Part shown: piece by piece, positions 18,440-26,291 of the stretch
How positions within the stretch are numbered: the stretch's first letter is position 1
How the letters are laid out: the number at the start of each line of letters is the position of its first letter
DNA from: a virus
Lineage: Duplodnaviria > Caudoviricetes
IMG/VR virus record: IMGVR_UViG_3300022698_000177
Location: 1-40,598 of that record
Strand: one strand, 5' to 3'
Length of the DNA stretch: 40,598 nucleotides
Program-made: the position numbers and the translations under genes
The notes under the pieces: generated by a model
Told to the model about the DNA's origin: nothing
Databases searched by the model: none
What the model saw: the letters and a program-made list of their open reading frames with translations, nothing else

Positions 18440-21144
18440 GTAATTCTTTCGCCCTTTAGAATCTTATCCATGACTCCTGAATAACGTCCTTCGTATAAGA
18501 TTCCTTGTAAGATTGATCGTTTTGGATTGGAGAATGCCATTGCAAGAATCCAACTTTCTTGATTTGGCACTGATTGAATACTGTAATAATCGGGTTCAAC
18601 TTTATCACGATCATCCAACAATCTCCATTTTTGATAATTTTTCCACATTAACTGCGCAACTACGCATTCAAAGTGAACATGATGTATATCTTTATCATAT
18701 ACCTCAAATAGTTCATGTACTATCATCGTATATGTCTTATTTTTAAATTTATGTAGTAACTGTGCTACTGATGCGAGATCGCCAATAATGTCTTTTTGTT
18801 TCATTGAAGATCCTGTATCGTCTGATTCTCCTTTGATGACTGCTGAACCAGATGTGTGAAATGTTCGGAGGACTAATTGTGTTCCTCTTTCACCCAATGT
18901 TTGTGCTGCCAGAATACCAATGAAACGACTATTCAGACTTTTATATAAATCACCATAGCATTTTTTGCATATCTTTGGAGATTTACATAAAATAGGACTT
19001 CTAATCTGAACAACTTTATTGACAATATCTTTGTAATTATCATGTGTAATTTTGAAAAACCCTTTTTCGTCTTCCGTTAAACACCAACGATTGACTAACA
19101 TTCGAGCTTTTCTTAGTGAATTAACATCTACTTCTAATGTATCTGTGGTACCACAATCTTCTAGATCTAAATCAATTTGTAAATTCGCACATGTGAAAAT
19201 TAATTTTCTTGATAGATATCCTGAGGTCCCTGTATTCAATGCAACATCAAGAAGACCTTTACGGCATCCATATGTTGAATAAAAGAATTCCTCTTGGGTT
19301 AATCCATCAACCAGCGAGTTCTTAATTGGTAATGGCAAAATCTCACCATCAAAATTTGAAATAAAACCACGAGCTAAGATTAGCTGTTTGACCTGATCCC
19401 AACTACCTCTTGCTCCTGATTCAATCATATATGAATATTTGAATTTTTCTCTTAACTCTTGAATTAATGTTGGATTTGAGAATGCAACTAATTGGTCTCG
19501 TATTTCATCATTTGCAAATATATGCTCTTTGATTTCACTTGCGCCTTCGACTGGGAAGTCTTGTAATGACATTGTGCAACCAAATAGAGTTGCATATTTG
19601 AATCCTTCCCTTTTGATATTATCTAAAACTTGAACAGTCACATCAAATGGATATTTGTTTTTAATATCATTGAGGACTTGGATTAACTCTTTCTTTCTCA
19701 AGATTCCTTCTACAACTGGATAATCTTCTGGTAATTGTTTGTTGAATTCTGCTTGACCTGCTAATATTTGTTTTCCTTTACATTCAACTTTTTCTTTTGA
19801 GAATCTTTCTGAAGTAAGGTAATAAATCCCCAAGATTATATCCTGACTTGGAGTTGTTGTCAAGTCTTCATTTGCTGGGCTGCTCAAATTTCTTGAAATT
19901 GAAATTTTCTTAATTATCTCTTCTTTTGCTTCAGTTGTTATCGGAATATACACTGCCATCTGATCTCCATCAAAATCTGCATTGAATGGAGGGCATACCA
20001 ACGGATGAATCTTGATAACTTTATCTAGTGTAATTAGTATCCTGAAACCAAGCATTCCGAGTTTATGGAGAGATGGTTGTCTGTTCAATACACAATACTC
20101 TCCATCAACTATCTCCTGACATACCTTCAGCAGTACAGGCGAGTCATTATCTATGCATTGATCCACAAAGTCAATTGCTTTATTCAACAATTTGAACTTT
20201 CCAAGTTGAATGATTCTTTTAGCAATTGGCAACTTAAATATTTCTAAGATCATCAAATATGGTAGTTTACATTCATCCAATGACAATGTTGGATCTGGAG
20301 TAATTACTGCTCTCCCTGAAAAATCAATTCTCTTACCAAGAATATTCCCCCGAATCAATCCTTCTTTCTTGGCCATTTTTTCAAGGATTCGTGTATATAA
20401 TTCACTGACATCTTTTTGCAACTGTTTGAAATATGTATAATACAATGCTTTATCTCGGTGAATATCAACAATTGTATCTCTCATAATTTCTTTTTTCGTT
20501 AATATCTGAACATAATAACGATTAATTTTATCCATCAATTGCTTTGTTTCACCAGAGCTCTTTGAGGTTGGTCTTAGATCAGGAGGAAGAACAATAATCT
20601 GATCTACCAATAAATTGTTTATATTATTCTTGATCAGACTCCACTCTGTAATACCTTCCTCTAACATCATATCAGCATAGCCTTCAACGAGAACTCTTAT
20701 CGCTTCCGCTCGTTCCCATTTTTCTGCATCTGACGGTATTTGATCCTCATTCAAAGTAACAGCGAAACCATTATCATCTGCGTATAAAACACTCTTATCG
20801 TTTCGCATTAAATCGTCAATTGCTTTCTTCAATATTTTACCGCCAATGTCTGCAAGAAGATCATAGAATAGTGGGTTGATAACAGGAATTGGCAATGTTA
20901 TTTTTGCAAATCTTTTTCTTCTTGCATCACTGTTAATAATATCAACTCCACATTCGGAACACTTTCCACCTGATTTTGACACACCATGATATATACCACA
21001 TTGGCATGTGTAATTTCTTACAGGTCCGAATATCTGCTCGGAGAATAACCCTTGTGGATGAAACTTCTTTTTACCGAATGTTTTTAGAGACGTCACTTCG
21101 TCTAAATTTTCACAAAATTTCTCATAATCTAATATCTTTGGCAT
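18436..21144 (-). CDS. rpoC: Phage multisubunit RNA polymerase beta' subunit
   Basis: GLFSEQIFGP, Zn motif CQC...CSEC, LPPDLRP, LGKRIDFSGRAVI, NRQPSLH, catalytic NADFDGDQMAV, bridge helix RKGLLDVALNTGTSGYLSRKL and trigger loop TQLVLRTFH. Confidence 0.96.
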   Translation of the reverse strand: MPKILDYEKFCENLDEVTSLKTFGKKKFHPQGLFSEQIFGPVRNYTCQCGIYHGVSKSGGKCSECGVDIINSDARRKRFAKITLPIPVINPLFYDLLADIGGKILKKAIDDLMRNDKSVLYADDNGFAVTLNEDQIPSDAEKWERAEAIRVLVEGYADMMLEEGITEWSLIKNNINNLLVDQIIVLPPDLRPTSKSSGETKQLMDKINRYYVQILTKKEIMRDTIVDIHRDKALYYTYFKQLQKDVSELYTRILEKMAKKEGLIRGNILGKRIDFSGRAVITPDPTLSLDECKLPYLMILEIFKLPIAKRIIQLGKFKLLNKAIDFVDQCIDNDSPVLLKVCQEIVDGEYCVLNRQPSLHKLGMLGFRILITLDKVIKIHPLVCPPFNADFDGDQMAVYIPITTEAKEEIIKKISISRNLSSPANEDLTTTPSQDIILGIYYLTSERFSKEKVECKGKQILAGQAEFNKQLPEDYPVVEGILRKKELIQVLNDIKNKYPFDVTVQVLDNIKREGFKYATLFGCTMSLQDFPVEGASEIKEHIFANDEIRDQLVAFSNPTLIQELREKFKYSYMIESGARGSWDQVKQLILARGFISNFDGEILPLPIKNSLVDGLTQEEFFYSTYGCRKGLLDVALNTGTSGYLSRKLIFTCANLQIDLDLEDCGTTDTLEVDVNSLRKARMLVNRWCLTEDEKGFFKITHDNYKDIVNKVVQIRSPILCKSPKICKKCYGDLYKSLNSRFIGILAAQTLGERGTQLVLRTFHTSGSAVIKGESDDTGSSMKQKDIIGDLASVAQLLHKFKNKTYTMIVHELFEVYDKDIHHVHFECVVAQLMWKNYQKWRLLDDRDKVEPDYYSIQSVPNQESWILAMAFSNPKRSILQGILYEGRYSGVMDKILKGERIT

Positions 21145-21147
21145 AGA

Positions 21148-21390
21148 TTATCTCCTTGGTTTAAATCTTTCCATCAGATATACTCCTATTGAATAAAAAT
21201 GCTGCTGAATTTTTTCTGAGATCATTTTATCAAGATCAGGCATGATCTCTTTCACTATAACTTTGACATCATCAGCAGCTAACTCTATTTGAGAATTTCT
21301 GATGGCTTTGTCTACAATACGAGCGATTTCTTGCTCCAATAATGATGGTGGCTGTGGTCTCAGCTCAGTTATCTGAATCTTCTTTTTCAT
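21148..21390 (-). CDS. Hypothetical helical protein
   Basis: 80-aa ORF immediately upstream of beta'. Confidence 0.65.
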   Translation of the reverse strand: MKKKIQITELRPQPPSLLEQEIARIVDKAIRNSQIELAADDVKVIVKEIMPDLDKMISEKIQQHFYSIGVYLMERFKPRR

Positions 21391-21586
21391 GAGATTCCTT
21401 TTCTTTCAACTTTTCTTTTAATCGACCAACTTTTTCATCAACTGTATCACTTGTCGTTTGTGCAGTTCTTTCAACCATTAGATTAAATACTTGTCTTGCA
21501 GCTTTCTTAGCTGATTCAACTATACTATCAATGACTGAATTTATTTCGTCGGTCATTTCTTTATCACTCAATCGTTTTTTCTCCAT
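21365..21586 (-). CDS. Hypothetical helical protein
   Basis: Start moved to MEKKRLS (ATG at 21586, AGGAG RBS). 73 aa. Confidence 0.6.
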   Translation of the reverse strand: MEKKRLSDKEMTDEINSVIDSIVESAKKAARQVFNLMVERTAQTTSDTVDEKVGRLKEKLKEKESHEKEDSDN

Positions 21587-21930
21587 GCTCCTAACACCTC
21601 TTGTCTCTCGTAGTGAATTTCGTCCCAAGGTGTAAAATAACAATCATCTAGATTGAAGCAGGATAGCATGCTTGTTATCATATGTTTTGAATTGTCTGTC
21701 AATTCATGTTGTCTCAAACTATTTGGTATACAAAACTCGCCCGTCCTCGGAAATGCATTTGGATGGGGAGATTTTAACATAACCATGTCGATCTTTCCAT
21801 TTACTGTCTTAACTGTATAACCACTTATTTCGAATTTTTCTGATAGCCTTGTGATCTTATAAATTTCTCCTTTAAAGATCAGCTTTTTTGGAATAATAAA
21901 TTTCTTAATTTCATGATTTATTATTTCCAT
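21568..21930 (-). CDS. Putative small E2/UBC-like protein
   Basis: PHPNAFPRTGEFCIP matches the UBC active-site signature HPN-x5-G-x2-C. TAATG-coupled to the upstream ThiF/E1-like gene. Confidence 0.55.
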   Translation of the reverse strand: MEIINHEIKKFIIPKKLIFKGEIYKITRLSEKFEISGYTVKTVNGKIDMVMLKSPHPNAFPRTGEFCIPNSLRQHELTDNSKHMITSMLSCFNLDDCYFTPWDEIHYERQEVLGAWRKND

Positions 21931-22790
21931 TATGCGGCCCCTGTCTCAGGAATTAATTCAATGTAAACAGCACTTCCTTCTTTGAAAACTGAAACAACAA
22001 AATGATTAAAATCTTTCTGACAAGCAACAACTGAAGACAATTGTTGAATTATATCTCTGCTATCTATCAATGTTTTTGCAGGAATTATTTTTTGTGCAAT
22101 TGGATCTACTTTACTCCCTAAGAATATTGTCATATCCCTGCTTTTATTTGCGCCAAGAATCGGGACGATCTTATCTGGCAAATTTACAAACTTTTCTTCC
22201 CCTACTACATTATCATAGACAACATCACAGCAATAGTTGTCAATATGTTTTACACAATCTAGTTCGTATTTCTGGACTGTTTGACTGTCGATTAATCGAT
22301 TGATTACACCATTTCCTATCATCATAGAGATTATTGATGCTGCATATCTAAGATCTTGTTTCGTTAATTCGGTGATATATCTACCTTGTTGTTTTGTTGA
22401 ATAACTAACATTTTTTCTGAAATCACCCATTAAATATCTTGACGATATATAAAATCTTACATCAATTTCATTTTTTCGGTCATATGTATAATCACGACAA
22501 TCGATTACTAGCCCTTCCGCTGGAAGTTTTGTTACTCCTTCAACATAACTTGCTTGAAATGCCCACACCTCAATATCACAATTTTGTTGAAGAATGATGT
22601 CTTTTAATGCATCAACTTTTGCACTTCCTAAATCAATTTGACGATAGATAGAATTTCTAAGATTTTTTTGCTCAACTATATCATCATCAATGATAATTAA
22701 TCTTTCTATGTCGTCTAGATTGGCAATTGCATCTGCTGTGAATCCGCCGAGTGTTCCAACTCCGATTACAGTTACAGTATCAAATGCCAC
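21930..22790 (-). CDS. ThiF/E1-like adenylation protein (second copy) with extra C-terminal domain
   Basis: VIGVGTLGG, IIDDDIVEQKNLRN, AKVDALK and IDCRD. GTG start with AGGAG RBS. Ends IELIPETGAA. Confidence 0.8.
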   Translation of the reverse strand: MAFDTVTVIGVGTLGGFTADAIANLDDIERLIIIDDDIVEQKNLRNSIYRQIDLGSAKVDALKDIILQQNCDIEVWAFQASYVEGVTKLPAEGLVIDCRDYTYDRKNEIDVRFYISSRYLMGDFRKNVSYSTKQQGRYITELTKQDLRYAASIISMMIGNGVINRLIDSQTVQKYELDCVKHIDNYCCDVVYDNVVGEEKFVNLPDKIVPILGANKSRDMTIFLGSKVDPIAQKIIPAKTLIDSRDIIQQLSSVVACQKDFNHFVVSVFKEGSAVYIELIPETGAA

Positions 22791-22817
22791 GTTGTAAAAT
22801 CTCCTTTGATTTTATAG

Positions 22818-22839
22818 TTGGGGGACCGGAGTCCCCCAA
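22818..22839. terminator. Perfect hairpin TTGGGGGAC-CGGA-GTCCCCCAA
   Basis: 9-bp perfect inverted repeat in an intergenic gap. No U-tract, so the terminator role is uncertain. Confidence 0.45.
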
Positions 22840-22850
22840 TGACTTCTATA

Positions 22851-23459
22851 TTAGCATCCGGGTTCCTGTTGTGTAACCCAGGTACGTGGTGCTTCTGGTT
22901 GGCAGATTGGTTCTGTGAAGATACTGCACTCACGAAGAGCTTTCATTTCTTCTGGGCCAACTGCCTCCGGTAGATATTGTGATTTATATTTGAATAATGA
23001 ATTCGTCAATCTTATCGGATAGCTTAGCGGAAGATTGAAATAATACTTCTTATATTTATCGCCCGGATTTTGAACTGTCCTGATTCTTGTTGTCGGGTCG
23101 ATTTGTCTCAACTCTTCAGTTACAAGCTCTCTGAATGTGAGTTCATCATCAAAAGTTTTGATTTTCAATCTTCGTCTGACGAGTTCATCATCCCGTGCCG
23201 CTGCTCTGATTTTAAGATCATTCGTCTTATGGATTAAAGCCTTCAATGCACGACCGAATGCTTTTTGTTTACCCTTCTTTTTTGAGAATGAATCTTTTAG
23301 TGAACAAATGGCAACGCCACGTGCTTCAATTCTGCCCAAACGTGTATTGATGAATAGACACGCTGTGAATACATTATCCACAATTGGGCTTCTGGAACCA
23401 TAAAAGGCGATCTTATCAACCCCATTTGCTTCCAGAATTCGATTTGTTTTTTCGTTCAT
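22851..23459 (-). CDS. Hypothetical phage protein
   Basis: 202 aa. GVAICSLKDSFSKKKGKQKAFGRA matches a recurrent phage motif (G.A.C...D.F....G...A..RA). Confidence 0.7.
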   Translation of the reverse strand: MNEKTNRILEANGVDKIAFYGSRSPIVDNVFTACLFINTRLGRIEARGVAICSLKDSFSKKKGKQKAFGRALKALIHKTNDLKIRAAARDDELVRRRLKIKTFDDELTFRELVTEELRQIDPTTRIRTVQNPGDKYKKYYFNLPLSYPIRLTNSLFKYKSQYLPEAVGPEEMKALRECSIFTEPICQPEAPRTWVTQQEPGC

Positions 23460-23471
23460 ACTTCCGCCTTT

Positions 23472-23504
23472 CTGAAGGGGGCCTGGCGACCCAGACCCCC
23501 TCAG
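23472..23504 (-). terminator. Hairpin directly after the Ubl gene
   Basis: CTGAGGGGGTCTGG-GTCG-CCAGGCCCCCTTCAG on the - strand. No U-tract. Confidence 0.45.
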
Positions 23505-23508
23505 GTTT

Positions 23509-23988
23509 TTATCCCTTTTTGCCGGCAGGCTTCAGGAACTCCAGATTATCGCCCGCTTGAAGGACGTAATCTTCCCCTACTTGCTTGCCGTTGACCAGGC
23601 CGGTGGAGAGGCGATCCACGTTCAGAACTTCACGTAGAAATTCACCGACTTCCTTGACCTGCTTTCCGGCGACTGGGAAGTTACCGGAAGAGGCACCACA
23701 CGACACATGAATGGTCGTGGTGGTCCGATCACCGAACTTGGCGCTCGGTTTGGTCAGGACGCTTTGGGCCTTGAATTCGATTCCGGTGACCTTTCCGCTA
23801 TCTGCTGCGGTCGCTGCGGGCTTGGAGATGGTGGCTTCGGATCCGGCACCGTATTTGGCCAGGATGGCGTCGACCACTTCCGCCTTCAGCTTTTTGGACA
23901 TTCCCGGAAGACCCAGCTCGTGGGAGCACATTCTTTTGAGCTCTTTGTCGGTTTTGGCCTCGAGTTGTTCGCGTGTGAAATTACCCAT
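23509..23988 (-). CDS. Ubiquitin-like (beta-grasp) protein with N-terminal Rho-N/HeH-like domain
   Basis: C-terminal ~70 aa IHVSCG...LVNGKQVGEDYVLQAGDNLEFLKPAGKKG ending in Gly. N-terminal L...TDKELKRMC..LGL.G.SK..KAEVVDAIL. Lies immediately downstream of the E1. Confidence 0.85.
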   Translation of the reverse strand: MGNFTREQLEAKTDKELKRMCSHELGLPGMSKKLKAEVVDAILAKYGAGSEATISKPAATAADSGKVTGIEFKAQSVLTKPSAKFGDRTTTTIHVSCGASSGNFPVAGKQVKEVGEFLREVLNVDRLSTGLVNGKQVGEDYVLQAGDNLEFLKPAGKKG

Positions 23989-24010
23989 GGTACAATTTCT
24001 CCTTTTCTTT

Positions 24011-24706
24011 TTACTTCACGATTCGAATTTTTGCGTCTGAAGACATATTCAACATATCGAAATATACCTCAGAGCGTTCGTACTCACCTCTCACAACCGC
24101 GTTGTAAAAGGTCCAACACATGAGGGTAGCAACCCCCAAATTTGCAAAATATAATTGCGGGTCTGACTGTGAAAGTTCTTCACACGACATTTCTTCCGGT
24201 AACTTATCGTCAGGGTTTGCAATTTCCGGGTGATACGCACACAAGTCCGGAGTTAAATCTTCCCCATCTTTCCGGATGTATAGTTGCACATTACCATCGG
24301 TAAATTCATTCCCACCAGAGATTAAGGTAACATCTTTTAATTGTTTACAGTAATTTGAAACTATCATTCTGGTTTTGTGATTGTCTACACATAAGAATAC
24401 TATGTCTTCCTCTTTAACAACGTCTTTTATATTAGCTTCGTTGACATAGAATTCTGCAGCATCAAATGGCAGAGTTGGGAACTTCATCGATAGCTCAGTT
24501 GCTTTAATGTCAGCTTTGTTACCAATTCGACCAAACTCCTGTCTTACATAATTCTTCTGTTCATATTCGTCCCCATCAACTAGAAGAATTTCTGCCGTAA
24601 GATCATCTGCATAATTTAAGAACCTACATAGTCTTTCTGCTAGAATAGAACCAACACCACCGAGTCCAATAATCGTGATATAGAGCTGTTTTACATCAGT
24701 TGTCAT
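24011..24706 (-). CDS. ThiF/E1-like ubiquitin-like activating enzyme
   Basis: IIGLGGVGS, LVDGDEYEQKNYVRQ, NKA, CVDNHKTR, ISGGN and MSCEE (candidate catalytic Cys). Confidence 0.9.
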   Translation of the reverse strand: MTTDVKQLYITIIGLGGVGSILAERLCRFLNYADDLTAEILLVDGDEYEQKNYVRQEFGRIGNKADIKATELSMKFPTLPFDAAEFYVNEANIKDVVKEEDIVFLCVDNHKTRMIVSNYCKQLKDVTLISGGNEFTDGNVQLYIRKDGEDLTPDLCAYHPEIANPDDKLPEEMSCEELSQSDPQLYFANLGVATLMCWTFYNAVVRGEYERSEVYFDMLNMSSDAKIRIVK

Positions 24707-26291
24707 GATCGCTACCTCCCCCGAATGCTCTTCTGAACATTTCTCTCAGTTTGCTTTCTTTCTTCTCGGGGATAGGAATAGAATTTGACCCGGGTTCTGG
24801 AATCCTCTCAATAGTTTCATCTGCTTGTCTTGCGGCCTCCAAAGCAGCTTGATTAGCTTCTTCTGCTTCTGCATCTAGCAATGCTCCTGAGTCTCTTTCG
24901 CTTTGAGCCTCTAGGTCTGCTTCGGTTGAATATTCGTTGCTGATTGGAGTTTGGCAGAAAGGGCAAATGGAATCATCACCATCAATAAGATGATAACCAC
25001 TACCACATGCTTTACATGTAACAAATCCGGATTTTCTTGCTTGGCCATCCATCACTGCTACATCATCGAATCCTGCATATTCAAATGCATCACCTTTGAT
25101 ATAATTTTCAACTAAAACTTCATCCCGATCAAGTTGGACGAGATGTTCATCAGTCAAACATCCAAGGCATTGCAGGATAGTCCCTTCTTCCTCCTGAACT
25201 ACTTGACCACATTTCTTACATAGATAATATTCATCATAATCTTCATCATTGATTTCATCAATGATTTTACATTGTCTGTGGACGCATGTCACACAAGGAA
25301 CCATTTCTCCATCTGCATTGTGGGGAGGAAATGCAGCTGGATTTGTTTTTGCAGCTGGACCGACATTGTAGGGCGATGTCTTACCTGTAGCAACTGGAAG
25401 ATTCTTTCCTGTCTGTGCCCAATAACTGCTATCATAATGTTTACCCCAACCTCCATAATAACCACCGTGTCCATAGAATCCGCTTTGCCATCCACCACGG
25501 TAGCTCTTGTAGGTATATGTCCCGCGCTCGACCATATTCATCCACTTTTTATTGAAAATTCGGTCGCGGTCTGATACCATTACATCATAACGACGATCAT
25601 ATTTCTTTGTATAATAATATGCAGCACCTTCTACTTTTTTATCAATAACCAGTTCTCCATTTTCCCACTTATAAGTTGTGGTAATGGATTTGTTTTTATC
25701 GACTGGGTTAGTTTCCTGCATCAATACAATATCTTCAATATAATCAGACGGATGGACTACAATACGATGTCCATTTGCTACGATTGATGCGGATATGCTT
25801 GGATAGGGATCGTTTAAATGACCCAATGTAATATGAAGACCATCAAAGTGTTCTTCATCTGAATCATCAACACCCGAGTGAAATGCTGACATGCTTCCAT
25901 GACTATGAATTGTTCCGATCATGGTATAACCTGAAATAGTAATTCCCTTATCATAATCACACGATGCCCCTGCTACTTTTTGTGTCGGGGGAATTATTTT
26001 ATGGTGTCTTGTTTCTTCATTGTAAAATAATAGAACTATAGCTTCGGATCTGTATTGTCGATAGACCTCTTTGAAGAAACTGTGGGTTTTTGCAAGCCAT
26101 TTTCCAGGAATTCTGGAAATATGCATGGTAGCTGTTGCTGCAATACTATCTAATATTGAGATATTTTTGACGGGCGCGATGCTCTCCATAATGCCGAGTT
26201 TCTTTTTGAGAAACACACCCTCTTTTGCAATGATGTAACAAATATCATCATCGGGTAATGGACTTCCATCATTCAGGACTACATTGAACAT
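24696..26291 (-). CDS. JAB/MPN+ metallo-isopeptidase with C-terminal zinc ribbons
   Basis: SEAIV (catalytic Glu) and JAMM motif GTIHSHGSMSAFHSGVDDSDE. C-terminal CxxC pairs (CVTC, CKKC/CLGC, CKAC/CPFC). Confidence 0.88.
   Translation of the reverse strand: MFNVVLNDGSPLPDDDICYIIAKEGVFLKKKLGIMESIAPVKNISILDSIAATATMHISRIPGKWLAKTHSFFKEVYRQYRSEAIVLLFYNEETRHHKIIPPTQKVAGASCDYDKGITISGYTMIGTIHSHGSMSAFHSGVDDSDEEHFDGLHITLGHLNDPYPSISASIVANGHRIVVHPSDYIEDIVLMQETNPVDKNKSITTTYKWENGELVIDKKVEGAAYYYTKKYDRRYDVMVSDRDRIFNKKWMNMVERGTYTYKSYRGGWQSGFYGHGGYYGGWGKHYDSSYWAQTGKNLPVATGKTSPYNVGPAAKTNPAAFPPHNADGEMVPCVTCVHRQCKIIDEINDEDYDEYYLCKKCGQVVQEEEGTILQCLGCLTDEHLVQLDRDEVLVENYIKGDAFEYAGFDDVAVMDGQARKSGFVTCKACGSGYHLIDGDDSICPFCQTPISNEYSTEADLEAQSERDSGALLDAEAEEANQAALEAARQADETIERIPEPGSNSIPIPEKKESKLREMFRRAFGGGSDHDN

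Noticed and set aside
15249-21144. Bacterial chromosomal rpoBC locus, or inteins/introns in the RNAP genes
   Set aside because: Reversed order, short subunits, no ribosomal protein genes and a terminase nearby argue for phage origin. No intein-like insertions or frame breaks were seen.
23707-24123. Two + strand ORFs over the Ubl gene
   Set aside because: Explained by stop-codon scarcity in the locally high-GC sequence. The - strand ORF has the RBS and motifs.
21930-24706. ThiF/MoeB genes as thiamine or molybdopterin biosynthesis
   Set aside because: No ThiG, ThiI, MoaE or cysteine desulfurase nearby. The E2 and JAB neighbours point to conjugation instead.
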